Shown in pieces: positions 18,472 through 27,875 of a stretch of DNA of 64,000 bases (the stretch's first letter is position 1; the number at the start of each line of letters is the position of its first letter). The stretch lies in contig JAQBRG010000003.1 of NCBI GenBank assembly GCA_028286615.1, positions 147,406 to 211,405 of the forward strand, written 5' to 3'. The notes under the pieces are model-generated. The model was given only the letters and a program-made list of their open reading frames with translations. It did not search any database and had not been told where the DNA came from. Position numbers and translations under genes: made by a program. The DNA is from Parcubacteria group bacterium. GTDB lineage: Bacteria > Patescibacteriota > Minisyncoccia > Phycocordibacterales > Phycocordibacteraceae.

Positions 18472-18532
18472 TACTATAAAAATAGCACGGGCCACGCGAT
18501 GCGCAGCCCGTGTTGGGGACGAAATACGTATT

Positions 18533-18718
18533 CTAGGATTCAATGCGGTTTCCTTCTGAGTCTGCGACCCACCCCTCCTTGACGCTCTTGGCCACCTTGA
18601 GTGCTTGAACTCGATCGGGGTAGTCAGCAACGACTCGCTTTTCCCCGGCAACCACCCTGTACATGCCCTCGGGAGCTTTTAGCTCGTGACGCATAGGCGT
18701 CCTTCTAATAACAGTCAT
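18533..18718 (-). CDS. hypothetical small protein (61 aa), GC-rich
   Basis: ORF-track ORF. Composition protein-like. Preceded by a near-perfect hairpin CCCGGTGT-atatc-ACACCCGGG. Confidence 0.4.
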   Translation of the reverse strand: MTVIRRTPMRHELKAPEGMYRVVAGEKRVVADYPDRVQALKVAKSVKEGWVADSEGNRIES

Positions 18719-18844
18719 TGGCTTACTCCTTGCTGCCCGGGTGTGATATACACCGGGAACTTCTTGCTGTCTACAGTTACAGATAAAGAATCGACCCCAA
18801 CATGCGTGAGCAGGCTGAGGTCGAGATTGGGTAACCGAAACGTC

Positions 18845-19312
18845 TTAGTGCGGTTGCTGCGGTCCGGGTTCTCCTTCTCTAAAACCAACTATTATTACGC
18901 GACCCTGTGGCGGAGCTTTGACATAGCCCATAGTCCAGTCCGGCGCAACATAGCATCCGCGTTCTTCCTTGCCGTCCGGAAGTTCCTTGCACATTTCAGC
19001 CTGAAACAGCGCGAATGTGATTTGGTGAAGCAGCGCTGATTCGCAATAGAGGTCACGAAGGCTTACGGCAGGCGCTCCGTCACTGTTGCGCTCTGCCTCA
19101 TCGATCTTTACTCCCACGTCGGCAGCTATCTTTGAGTAGCGAGCTGCAAGCGTAATCAGCTGCTTAATGCCCGTTGTGGCGGGACCGACAGGTGTTATCT
19201 CGCAATCTGCGGGTGGCATACTGTCAATAGGTATGTAGTCCTCGGGTTTAATCGAGGCAAGATCCGCAAGGATTCGATTGAGCACATGGCTCGAAGTCGT
19301 GATGTCAGACAT
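18845..19312 (-). CDS. hypothetical protein (155 aa), GC-rich
   Basis: ORF-track ORF. No recognisable motif. Confidence 0.45.
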   Translation of the reverse strand: MSDITTSSHVLNRILADLASIKPEDYIPIDSMPPADCEITPVGPATTGIKQLITLAARYSKIAADVGVKIDEAERNSDGAPAVSLRDLYCESALLHQITFALFQAEMCKELPDGKEERGCYVAPDWTMGYVKAPPQGRVIIVGFREGEPGPQQPH

Positions 19313-19386
19313 TCAAGTTCCCCAAAATAGAAAATTGCAGGCACAGTTACAGCCTGCAATTACTATATAATATAAATATTTCTTGT

Positions 19387-21855
19387 CTAGAGCGCGACCA
19401 TCGACGCGATACTGTCTCCCTCGCGCATCTTCATGATGCGTACCCCCTGTGTGGCACGTGAGAGCGAAGGAATCTCTCCAGCTGAACAGCGGATAACCTG
19501 TCCTTTCTTAGAAATAACAACGATTTCCTCTTCCTCGCCTTCAATACCAAGAAGCACCTTGGCACCGATAATCTTTCCGGTCTTTGGCGTAACCTCGGCA
19601 GTCTTAATACCTGAGCCTCCACGTCCCTGTACTTTGTATTCGCTAAGAGGTGTCTTCTTGCCGTATCCCTTATCCATAATAACGAGGAGGTCTGCCTTCT
19701 TAACACCTGCCGGCACTACTTCAGCAGAAACGATGAAGTCACCTTTCTTAACGGTCATACCGCGCACTCCAGCTGCGGTGCGGCCCATGGCGCGTACTTC
19801 GCCTTCGTCAAAGCGGATACTCTGTCCTTCAGACGTAACTATAGAAATGCTTTCTCCTTCAGAAGCGAGGTGTGCGGACACGAGACGGTCTTTGCCCTTA
19901 AGGGCGATAGCGATGATGCCGGAGCGGCGTACATCAGAGAAGCTCTTCGCTTCAACCTTCTTAACAACACCCTCGTCTGTAACAAGGAAGACGGACATCG
20001 CGTCGCGTGCGGCTCCCTTAGGTATCGCGAGTACGCTCGTTACCTTCTCTTCGCCTCCAAGCTGCAAGAAGTTCATGATGCTCTTGCCCTTCGTTGCTTT
20101 CTTTCCTTCAGGAAGCTCGTACATCTTGAGCTGGAATGCTTTGCCTTGGTCTGTGAAGAAGAGGAGCTCGGAGTGTGCTGAAGCTTTGAGGAAGTGCGTA
20201 ACCACATCTTCTTCCTTGGTAGACATGTCTATAACACCCACGCCTCCACGCTTCTGAACTTTGTACTCGTCTGGGTTCGTACGCTTTACGTAGCCGCCTG
20301 CAGTGAGCACGAGTACAGACTCTTCGTCTGGTACGAGGTCTTCTACAGAAATATTCTTTACGCCTCCCTTAACAATCTTGGTACGCCTGTCGTCTCCATA
20401 CTTGTCTCGTACATCAACGAGCTCTGCGCGTACAACGGTAAGGATGTTCTTCTCGGAAGAAAGGATCTTCTTGAGGCGCGCGATTATGATCTGGAGTTCT
20501 TTGAGTTCGTCCTCAATCTTCTGGCGCTCAAGGCCTGCAAGCGTCTGGAGACGCATCGCAAGAATGGCTGCCGTTTGAATTGGTGTGAACGCAAACTTCT
20601 TTATGAGCGCTTCGGACGCGGTTGGTACGTCTTTGGATGCGCGGATTATCTTAATAACCTCATCGATGTGATCGAGCGCTTTAGAAAGTCCGAGGAGAAT
20701 GTGTTCGCGTTCTTCTGCTTTGCGAAGTTCGTACTCGGTTCGCTTACGCACCACAATCTTTCTATGGGCAATAAAGCTTTCAAGCATGCCCTTAAGAGAA
20801 AGGGTCTGCGGTACGCCATCAACAAGCGCGAGCATGTTGTAGTGGAAGGTGCTCTCGAGTTCGGTGTACTTATATAGGTTGTTGAGAACGGCCTGAGGGT
20901 GCGCCGTTCCTTTAAGCTCAACGACCACGCGAATGTCGCTGGTTGATTCGTCTCTAAGATCCTTGATGCCTTCAAGCTTCTTGTCTCGTACGAGGTCTGC
21001 GATGCGGGTTATAAGGTCTGCTTTGTTAACGCGGAAAGGAATGGAGGTAATAACAATGTTAGTTCCCTTCTTCTCTTCAATTATTTCAGCCTCTCCACGA
21101 ACCACAACGCCGCCACGTCCGGTTGCGTATGCTTGTTTGATATCTGTCTGGTTAAACGCGATGCCTCCCATTGGGAAGTCTGGACCCTTCACGTATTCAA
21201 GAAGATCTTCGGTTGTTGCTTCAGGCTCATCTATGAGACGAGTTGTTGCGTCAACAACTTCGCGCAAGTTGTGCGGAGGAATGTTGGTGGCCATACCGAC
21301 AGCAATACCAAGTGCGCCATTCAAAAGAAGGTTAGGAGCAGCAGCTGGAAGCACGGTTGGTTCCTGTTTAGATCCGTCGAAGTTAGGTGCCCATAGGACG
21401 GTTTCCTTTTCGAGGTCTCGGAGCATTTCGTCTGCCAGGCGAGACATCTTAGCTTCGGTGTACCTGTATGCAGCGGCTGGGTCTCCGTCGATAGAACCAA
21501 AGTTTCCCTGTCCAGAGACAAGCGGATAGCGGGTTGAGAAGTCCTGCGCGAGCTTAACCATCGCATCGTACACGGAAGCGTCTCCGTGCGGGTGATAGGA
21601 ACCGAGCACCTCTCCGACAACGGTAGCTGACTTACGGAACTTGGCCGTAGGAGTGAGGCCGGTCTGGCGCATCGCGTAGAGAATGCGGCGGTGCACAGGC
21701 TTGAGTCCGTCACGCACATCAGGAAGCGCGCGCGAAGTTATAACCGTCATGGCGTAGTCGATGTACGACTGACGCATCTCAGACGTAATCGACTGATTGA
21801 TGATGTTTATGCGCGGAGTCTCTTCAGGAGCCGGTACTACTTCTTTCTTAGCCAT
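19387..21855 (-). CDS. gyrA: DNA gyrase subunit A
   Basis: N-terminal [34 protein letters not shown] with active-site Tyr region, and beta-pinwheel C-terminal repeats. 822 aa. Confidence 0.95.
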   Translation of the reverse strand: MAKKEVVPAPEETPRINIINQSITSEMRQSYIDYAMTVITSRALPDVRDGLKPVHRRILYAMRQTGLTPTAKFRKSATVVGEVLGSYHPHGDASVYDAMVKLAQDFSTRYPLVSGQGNFGSIDGDPAAAYRYTEAKMSRLADEMLRDLEKETVLWAPNFDGSKQEPTVLPAAAPNLLLNGALGIAVGMATNIPPHNLREVVDATTRLIDEPEATTEDLLEYVKGPDFPMGGIAFNQTDIKQAYATGRGGVVVRGEAEIIEEKKGTNIVITSIPFRVNKADLITRIADLVRDKKLEGIKDLRDESTSDIRVVVELKGTAHPQAVLNNLYKYTELESTFHYNMLALVDGVPQTLSLKGMLESFIAHRKIVVRKRTEYELRKAEEREHILLGLSKALDHIDEVIKIIRASKDVPTASEALIKKFAFTPIQTAAILAMRLQTLAGLERQKIEDELKELQIIIARLKKILSSEKNILTVVRAELVDVRDKYGDDRRTKIVKGGVKNISVEDLVPDEESVLVLTAGGYVKRTNPDEYKVQKRGGVGVIDMSTKEEDVVTHFLKASAHSELLFFTDQGKAFQLKMYELPEGKKATKGKSIMNFLQLGGEEKVTSVLAIPKGAARDAMSVFLVTDEGVVKKVEAKSFSDVRRSGIIAIALKGKDRLVSAHLASEGESISIVTSEGQSIRFDEGEVRAMGRTAAGVRGMTVKKGDFIVSAEVVPAGVKKADLLVIMDKGYGKKTPLSEYKVQGRGGSGIKTAEVTPKTGKIIGAKVLLGIEGEEEEIVVISKKGQVIRCSAGEIPSLSRATQGVRIMKMREGDSIASMVAL

Positions 21856-21860
21856 ACAAA

Positions 21861-22220
21861 TTAAAACGGTATCACCGTGCGGGTGTCTTCTTTAGTATCA
21901 AAAGTCGAAGTCTCTTTCACATCAACCACGGTTAGCGTTGGTTTTGTTGAAGTTGCACCAACCGCAGCGCCCGCGGCTCCAAGAAGCTGAGAGAACCCGG
22001 TCTTCGTTTCTGTGTATGCCTGCTTCACATCGCTTCCCGTTCCTGTGTTTGAAGCAACCTGTGTTGGAGCAAGCGTAAGAGCGCCTGAGCTTGCCATAGC
22101 AGCAGCCCATCCAATAGCAACGAGACCTGTGAGAAGGCCTGATGTAGCAATGGCAATACGATGCCTGACATGGTCTGGCTTTTCTCGTAGACGATCGATG
22201 TGATGGACTAGGGTAGCCAT
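21861..22220 (-). CDS. small membrane protein, hypothetical
   Basis: One TM helix followed by Ala/Thr/Gly-rich segment. Immediately upstream of gyrA. Confidence 0.5.
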   Translation of the reverse strand: MATLVHHIDRLREKPDHVRHRIAIATSGLLTGLVAIGWAAAMASSGALTLAPTQVASNTGTGSDVKQAYTETKTGFSQLLGAAGAAVGATSTKPTLTVVDVKETSTFDTKEDTRTVIPF

Positions 22221-22225
22221 ACTAG

Positions 22226-22915
22226 TTAGGGAGTTATCACTATGATAGCACCGTCCTTTTCTGCAGCATCCTTCTTCTTAAGAGTGAGCTTGTCCAACCT
22301 CTCTTCCTTGCCGCTGCCCTCCTCCTTTATAAAGGCTTCGAGTGCCTTTGGTTCCCCCATCCCATTCCAATGCATTGGGATGATGATCTTAGGCTCGAGG
22401 GACACCGCAAGCTTTGCCGCTTCCGCTGCGTTGAGCACCCCGTCGCCCCCAACCGGGACGAACAAGATGTCGATCTCATCAATTGCTTCGCGCGCCTCAT
22501 GTGACAATACGGTATCAGAAAGCGCGCCTAGGTGCACGAGTGTCATTCCTTCGAGAGTAACGGCGTATACCGTGTTAACCGCATCGAGTTTTGCGAGCTC
22601 TCCTTTCTTAGTAGCGAGGCCGTACTGGCTCTTCGTTAGGAAGCCCTGGATAGTTACGCCTGAGTGCTCGTATTCGCCAGGGCCAATAATAGCGAACGGT
22701 TCCTTTCCTCCGAAAGAAACCTCATCCACGCCGTTCATATCTGGATGGTTGCGGGTTACGAGCGCAATGTCTGCTCCAAAGCGCACAGCAGGAAGAGTCC
22801 CGCCTTTAGAGATGGGATCGAATACGAGGGTTAGGTCCCCGAACGTAACTTTGAAGCATTGCCCGCCGTGGTGGGTGATGACCATTACATGAATTATACC
22901 CTGAACACTGTGCAC
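22226..22915 (-). CDS. metallo-beta-lactamase-fold hydrolase
   Basis: N-terminal ITHHGGQCFKV..DLTLVFDP matches the MBL-fold beta-strand/His motif region. Start may be the internal Met MVITHHG. Confidence 0.7.
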   Translation of the reverse strand: MHSVQGIIHVMVITHHGGQCFKVTFGDLTLVFDPISKGGTLPAVRFGADIALVTRNHPDMNGVDEVSFGGKEPFAIIGPGEYEHSGVTIQGFLTKSQYGLATKKGELAKLDAVNTVYAVTLEGMTLVHLGALSDTVLSHEAREAIDEIDILFVPVGGDGVLNAAEAAKLAVSLEPKIIIPMHWNGMGEPKALEAFIKEEGSGKEERLDKLTLKKKDAAEKDGAIIVITP

Positions 22916-23038
22916 AGGCGAGTCCTTGCAGCTTCATGAAGTAGGCATAGAGTAGAGAGGTTCGAGGTGCCTTATACAGGAAGACCTCAACACGTATCGA
23001 AGGGACATCCTGTCTTTTCGAGCAACTGGAGCCAGACC

Positions 23039-23179
23039 ATGAACAGACCACCGCCGTCCGTGAGCGCCGTCGCTCAAGCCCCTGCCGCACCGAGCATCTC
23101 CGCCCTGGCCGCTGACCGCGCCACCGAGCACCCCGACGTCGACCGCGGCCGCCACGCTGGGCACATCGCCGGCGGCTAG
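23039..23179 (+). CDS. 46-aa Ala/Pro-rich micro-ORF in GC-rich island
   Basis: ATG with GGAG 9 nt upstream. Followed by a 15-bp perfect palindrome and a terminator. Confidence 0.3.
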   Translation: MNRPPPSVSAVAQAPAAPSISALAADRATEHPDVDRGRHAGHIAGG

Positions 23180-23205
23180 CCTCCACTCCTGGATGATCTA
23201 GCCGC

Positions 23206-23252
23206 ATCAAAGGACTCTGTGGTGCGACGTGTGAGGCCTCGCACCACAGAGT
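23206..23252. repeat. 15-bp perfect inverted repeat (GGACTCTGTGGTGCGA..TCGCACCACAGAGTC)
   Basis: Seen directly. 11-nt loop. Could be a hairpin terminator or a protein-binding palindrome. Confidence 0.7.
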
Positions 23253-23443
23253 CTGGATCTCTTCATTCTTCTACTCCAACCACTATCTAGCTCTGCTACG
23301 ATACACAACGCCACGCTTCCCCAAGCGCGGCTTTTTCATTTTATTGACCCGACCCTAAACCCGTGTTAATCTACTCCCATCGCGTCTTCGGGCGCGCTGT
23401 TTATTTCACAACAGAATATAAATCTGAAGAGGGACGTTTACGC

Positions 23444-23587
23444 ATGAGCGGATACAGTCAACAGCAAAAACAAATGCAGCCTCTCCCGGACAAGGTGCGG
23501 GAACAACCCGTCACCGGTCACGGCAGCAAGGGCGCCGGCGTTCACCCGCAGCCGCATCAAGGCACCGCGGGTCGTTCCATCCGCTAA
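23444..23587 (+). CDS. 47-aa Gln/Pro-rich micro-protein (MSGYSQQQKQMQPLPDKVREQPVTGHGSKGAGVHPQPHQGTAGRSIR)
   Basis: Promoter-like TTGACC-17-TAATCT upstream. SD GAAGAGGGA about 9 nt before ATG. Confidence 0.35.
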   Translation: MSGYSQQQKQMQPLPDKVREQPVTGHGSKGAGVHPQPHQGTAGRSIR

Positions 23588-23696
23588 GGCGGGGATCTAG
23601 ACCAAAATATCGGTCTAGCTAGTCTGGCTTCGCGCCTGCTAGATACCGGGAGGAGCAAGCAATTGCTTCTCCCGAAGACCGCCAACAGCAAAAGGG

Positions 23697-23822
23697 ATGG
23701 ACTACATGTTTAAAGACCTTCCACAGCAACGGCCGCAAGACTTTCCGCTTCCGAGAAGCGCCAAGCAGCCGCAACACCAAGGCAAGCTTCTGGAACCCAA
23801 GAAGAAAACGGGGAGCCAATGA
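23697..23822 (+). CDS. 41-aa Gln/Pro/Lys-rich micro-protein (MDYMFKDLPQQRPQDFPLPRSAKQPQHQGKLLEPKKKTGSQ)
   Basis: Followed directly by the perfect hairpin GGGGAGCCAA-tgat-TTGGCTCCCC. Shares a QPxHQG-like motif with the previous micro-ORF. Confidence 0.3.
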   Translation: MDYMFKDLPQQRPQDFPLPRSAKQPQHQGKLLEPKKKTGSQ

Positions 23823-24026
23823 TTTGGCTCCCCGGACTACCCTCTTCAGATTAGCTCTTTCACAAAGTCCACCACGGTGGGCTTTTGTTATATAGCCTAT
23901 TTACTTACTTTCTTAGCCTTTTAACCCATATACCTATTGACATTTGATATCTAAAGTGCTATCGTTCATTCCAGAGAAAGGCTCGCGACCCGCGACCCTC
24001 TACCTTGATATTTAGGAGAGACATGA

Positions 24027-25094
24027 GTGAATAAGTCCCAAACCGAAGCTCGCCCCAATCTTGCTGACGCTCTCCAAGGAGAGGCCGTGATGCCCCCGCT
24101 CTGCTTCCGCATGAACGGTACGGGCAAGCTGGAAGAAGGCATCGAGCTTGAGATGAGCCACCCGCTTCTGTCAGTCGGCAAGATGGCCCTGTTCTTCAAC
24201 AACGCGTCCTACGTGTTGCGGAATCTGAACAACGGCTGTCTCTATCAGCCGCAACCCGAGAAGAACACCGGCCTCGTTCGGCGCGCCGTGGTCGAATGGA
24301 AGGAACTGGAGGGCAAAAAGCCCTTTCCGCTCCTCACTCGTCCGCAAGGCCAGACCGAAAACCTGTTGGCCCACGTGTGCGCCAACATGGAACTGCCCGT
24401 CGGCGCTCAGCTGAAGGAACGGTTCTATGCCGGCATCATCACCACGGCCAGCGTCATCGGCACCGATAAGCTCGGTCGCGAAATGCTCCTTTCCTTCGGG
24501 AAGGGCGACATCGCGGACGTGTTCTACAAGGACGGCAGCGTGAAGCGCGTCGTTCGCGAGAACGATGCTCTGGTCGTCGACGTCCTCACCATCGAGGACC
24601 AAGCCGACCTGCGCATCGACCGCGTGCGGAACGAACTCACCGCCCTCGAAAAGATGCCAGTCGGTGACGAACGCGCCAAGATGGAGGACGGCCTCTACCA
24701 TGAGGTCATCACCATCCTGACCATCGGCGGCAAGCGCTCCAGCTACATCTTGAAGTCGGCCTTCGACTTCCTCGATGACGCCTGCGACGAGAGCAAGCTG
24801 CGCGCCGGCGTTCGCGCCCGTGCGCTCGATATGCTTCGGCAGATCGACCCGGCCTATGCGCTGCGCTTCGGCATCAGCACACAGGCTGGCGGCCCTTCCA
24901 AGCGTGGGTCCGGTGATTTCACCACTGCCTCCGTGCCGTCTTCGGACAGCATGGTCCGCAAGGGTCCACCGGCGGCTCGAAAGGCCAAACTGGCTGAACG
25001 CGCCAACCGCGACCGCGAAGCTCGTTCGCGCATGGCTGGCTCCTCGGGAGGCGGCAAGCAGGACAAGGGCGGTAACAAGAAGAAGGGCAAGTAA
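24027..25094 (+). CDS. hypothetical 355-aa protein with basic disordered C-terminal tail, GC-rich
   Basis: GTG start 6 nt after SD TAGGAGAG. Promoter-like TTGACA-17-TATCGT upstream. C-terminus KGPPAARKAKLAERANRDREARSRMAGSSGGGKQDKGGNKKKGK. No recognised domain. Confidence 0.65.
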   Translation: MNKSQTEARPNLADALQGEAVMPPLCFRMNGTGKLEEGIELEMSHPLLSVGKMALFFNNASYVLRNLNNGCLYQPQPEKNTGLVRRAVVEWKELEGKKPFPLLTRPQGQTENLLAHVCANMELPVGAQLKERFYAGIITTASVIGTDKLGREMLLSFGKGDIADVFYKDGSVKRVVRENDALVVDVLTIEDQADLRIDRVRNELTALEKMPVGDERAKMEDGLYHEVITILTIGGKRSSYILKSAFDFLDDACDESKLRAGVRARALDMLRQIDPAYALRFGISTQAGGPSKRGSGDFTTASVPSSDSMVRKGPPAARKAKLAERANRDREARSRMAGSSGGGKQDKGGNKKKGK

Positions 25095-25371
25095 TAGCCC
25101 CTCCTAAATACAATATCCACTGAACCTTATAAGGCCCTCGACGTATCGAGGGCCTTAATCTTTATCTACATATGCTACGTCCCCTACAGATCCTTGAGTC
25201 CAGGCATCAAGGGCGCTCAACTTCAACATTGGGCGCCTTTTCTTTTACTTAAAATTAGAACATATCCACAGGCTCTTGACAATTCATGAAGCTCGTGATA
25301 ATTTCCTCTCACCGACTGCTTGAGGCGCGAGCTTTAAGAAGGGACGGTACGAACCTCGAAGGAGACGACCC

Positions 25372-25656
25372 ATGAAAAGGCTCCATCTCATCGGCGCGAT
25401 AGCGGCGATGTCTTGTCTGACGACGGCGCGCGACGCCGCAATGGCCGGCAGCGACAGGGTGCATTCCAAGACGACGACCGACGACGGCACCGCCATGACC
25501 AGTATCAGCAACGGCATCGGCAACACCGGCGGCGCGGGCGGCCACATCACCGGCCATGACCCCTATGTGAACCTGACCTCCATCGCGCATCCGCTCGACG
25601 AACTCGGCCGCGGCGCCGACTCGGCCGATCCGGACATCACCGTCCTGCTGAACTAG
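25372..25656 (+). CDS. small secreted protein (signal peptide, Gly/Thr/Asp-rich mature part), GC-rich
   Basis: N-terminal signal MKRLHLIGAIAAMSCLTTA. Promoter-like TTGACA upstream. Followed by two strong hairpin terminators. Confidence 0.55.
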   Translation: MKRLHLIGAIAAMSCLTTARDAAMAGSDRVHSKTTTDDGTAMTSISNGIGNTGGAGGHITGHDPYVNLTSIAHPLDELGRGADSADPDITVLLN

Positions 25657-25668
25657 AACCTGGTCGCC

Positions 25669-25766
25669 GACGGCTCTGTCTGAGTCATCTCAGACAGAGC
25701 CAGGCAAAAGTCCTCAAGGCAAAGCCTCGAGGCACGGGCGCACGATTTCTTCGGATCTCGTGCGCC
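25669..25766 (+). terminator. two consecutive rho-independent terminators
   Basis: GGCTCTGTCTGAG-tcat-CTCAGACAGAGCC and GGGCGCACGA-loop-TCGTGCGCCC followed by a T-run. Confidence 0.7.
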
Positions 25767-25895
25767 CTTTCTCTTTACCTATATATGTGCTACAAATCCC
25801 CTATCGCGAGCGCGTATATAAGCCGCGAGAGGGCTATCCCTGGGAGCGCAAGCAAACAGTACCCTCCGCACACAACGCGCCGCACTTTTTAATTC

Positions 25896-27041
25896 ATGCC
25901 TGAAGAAACCGCTTCCCCGGAGGCGCTTGAGGAGCGTAAGCCCTCAGCTCCGGTAAGCACTATTACAATTGAACCCGGCCATCCAATGGCGGGGATGATT
26001 GACGCTATCGTCACTCCTCCTCGTGTTGGAGACTTGGTTGAAGGAACCATAATCGAGCTCGTCCGCGGACGTCTCTATGTAGACCTTCCTCCATTTGGTA
26101 CGGGTATTATCTACGGCCGCGAGTATCTCAACGCTGCAGACGTGCTTCGCAAGGCAAACCCTGGAGACACCATAACCGCAAAGGTTGTGGACGTTGCTGG
26201 TATCGAAGGATACATCGAGCTTTCCCTTAAGGAGGCTCGCCAGGCAGCTATCTGGGGCGAGGCTGAGCAGGCTATCGTTGCACAGACCATCTACAACATT
26301 CCTGTTGAAGAAGCCAACAAGGGCGGTCTTATCCTTTCATGGCAGGGCATCCAGGGATTCCTTCCTGCATCCCAGCTTTCAAAGGACCACTACCCACGTG
26401 TTCCTGAGGGAGACAAGGACAAGATCTTCTCTGAACTTCAGAAGCTTGCCGGCGTATCTCTCGCCGTTCGCATCATCACAGCCGATCCTAAGGAAGGAAA
26501 GCTTATCTTCTCTGAGCGTGTTGGAGACGAGGAGCAGGAGAAGGCAAACCTCGTAGACAAGTACCAGGTTGGCGATGTTGTTGAGGGAGAAGTTACAGGA
26601 GCTGTAGACTTCGGTGTCTTTGTGAAGCTTGAGACCGGACTTGAAGGACTCGTACACATCTCAGAGCTCGATTGGGGACTCGTTGAAGACCCACGCGTAC
26701 TCTTCAAGGTTGGCGACGCCGTTAAGGTTAAGGTTATTGAAGTTAAGGACGGAAAGATCTCTCTTTCTATCAAGGCACTCAAGGAGAACCCTTGGAAGAC
26801 CGCTTCAGACCGTTACAAGAAGGGTATGGATGTTACCGGCGTTATCATCAAGTACAACAAGCACGGTGCACTCGCTTCTATTGAAGAAGGCGTTGCCGGT
26901 CTCGTACACATCAGCGAGTTCGCTACTCCAGCAGAACTCCGCGAGACACTTGAACTTGGAAAGACGTATCCGTTCAGCATTACCCTCTTCGAACCAAAGG
27001 ACCAGCGCATGACGCTCTCCATGATTGAGAAGAAGAAATAA
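25896..27041 (+). CDS. rpsA: 30S ribosomal protein S1 (four S1-domain form)
   Basis: Repeated S1 domains (GxV.G.V....fGvFV.L..g.eGLvHiSE). 381 aa. Confidence 0.9.
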   Translation: MPEETASPEALEERKPSAPVSTITIEPGHPMAGMIDAIVTPPRVGDLVEGTIIELVRGRLYVDLPPFGTGIIYGREYLNAADVLRKANPGDTITAKVVDVAGIEGYIELSLKEARQAAIWGEAEQAIVAQTIYNIPVEEANKGGLILSWQGIQGFLPASQLSKDHYPRVPEGDKDKIFSELQKLAGVSLAVRIITADPKEGKLIFSERVGDEEQEKANLVDKYQVGDVVEGEVTGAVDFGVFVKLETGLEGLVHISELDWGLVEDPRVLFKVGDAVKVKVIEVKDGKISLSIKALKENPWKTASDRYKKGMDVTGVIIKYNKHGALASIEEGVAGLVHISEFATPAELRETLELGKTYPFSITLFEPKDQRMTLSMIEKKK

Positions 27042-27056
27042 GGAAGACAGATAAAA

Positions 27057-27090
27057 GAAACCCCCGACTTGGTCGGGGGTTTCTTTTATT
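27057..27090. terminator. bidirectional terminator between rpsA and pth
   Basis: GAAACCCCCGAC-TTG-GTCGGGGGTTTC flanked by A-runs and T-runs. Confidence 0.8.
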
Positions 27091-27688
27091 TCGCAGTGTT
27101 CGCTTCGAGCATCGCTTTCTCTATCCCGTCTGTTACGAAATACCTCGCAGCAACAGCAGCGCGCTTGAGTACCTTCTTAAGCTCAGCCTCTTCAGTTGGT
27201 TTGAACTTCCCTATTACGTGATTGATTACCCTGTCTTCTCCCGAAACCTTCTTAACTTTTCCTTTTGCAGTTGCGCCTGAGATGCCAATCTTCATCTGAG
27301 CGAATTCCTTGGTCTTGAGAGTGCGCATAACGCTTTCGATACCTTTGTGTCCTCCGCTACCTCGTCCAAAGGTTGTCATCTTGATAGTACCGAGAGGAAG
27401 ATCTAGTTCGTCTCGGATAATAAGAAGTTTCTTAGCGGCTGGCTTGCTGCGCACAAGTGCTGCTGCGGATGTGCCCGAGTGGTTCATATATACCTCGGGA
27501 AGTACGATACTAACCTTCTCTCCTCCTATAGTTCCTTCTGCAACAAGTGCTTGAGCCGTCTTCTTAAGTTTGAAATCTGTAAATCCTTCTTCTGAAGCCA
27601 GGAGTTCTGCAACCATGCGCCCAGCGTTATGCCGGGTTTTTGCGTATTCGCCTCCGGGATTCCCAAGACCCATGATTACGTATGCCAT
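27086..27688 (-). CDS. pth: peptidyl-tRNA hydrolase
   Basis: N-terminal GLGNPGGEYAKTRHNAG and catalytic His region. 200 aa. Confidence 0.9.
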   Translation of the reverse strand: MAYVIMGLGNPGGEYAKTRHNAGRMVAELLASEEGFTDFKLKKTAQALVAEGTIGGEKVSIVLPEVYMNHSGTSAAALVRSKPAAKKLLIIRDELDLPLGTIKMTTFGRGSGGHKGIESVMRTLKTKEFAQMKIGISGATAKGKVKKVSGEDRVINHVIGKFKPTEEAELKKVLKRAAVAARYFVTDGIEKAMLEANTAK

Positions 27689-27721
27689 TAGAAAGATTGT
27701 ATCAGGTTTAAGAAAAAGGAT

Positions 27722-27749
27722 TTGACTAGAGAGTATGGGAGCGTATAAT
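27722..27749 (+). promoter_or_regulatory. near-consensus sigma70-type promoter (TTGACT-16 nt-TATAAT)
   Basis: Seen directly. Points away from pth toward the 3' end of the convergent MazF-like gene. Confidence 0.6.
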
Positions 27750-27756
27750 TCTTATA

Positions 27757-27875
27757 CAAATGCCGAGAGGCATCGGAGACTTCTGGCGCGAGCTGGGAGA
27801 TCGCAAGCCAACGAAGGTCACGTACCGTCGTTGGCCAAAATAGCAACAAGCCCCTGTTATGCAGGGGCTTGTTGG
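27757..27875 (+). ncRNA. candidate ~120-nt sRNA (promoter to terminator unit); alternatively a 27-aa micro-ORF MPRGIGDFWRELGDRKPTKVTYRRWPK
   Basis: Bounded by the promoter above and the hairpin AAGCCCCTG-ttat-CAGGGGCTT at 27848-27869. No SD before the internal ATG. Confidence 0.3.

Noticed and set aside
17941-18651. Long form (236 aa) of the methyltransferase ORF
   Set aside because: The N-terminal 60 aa are Arg/Ser-rich and overlap the upstream 61-aa gene. The internal Met gives a normal MTase N-terminus.
19433-21529. Plus-strand ORFs (274, 227, 198 aa etc.) inside gyrA
   Set aside because: Antisense to gyrA. Ser/Arg/Pro-rich.
24171-24701. 176-aa minus-strand ORF inside the 355-aa GC-rich gene
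   Set aside because: High-GC DNA yields long antisense ORFs. The plus frame has SD, promoter and terminator context.
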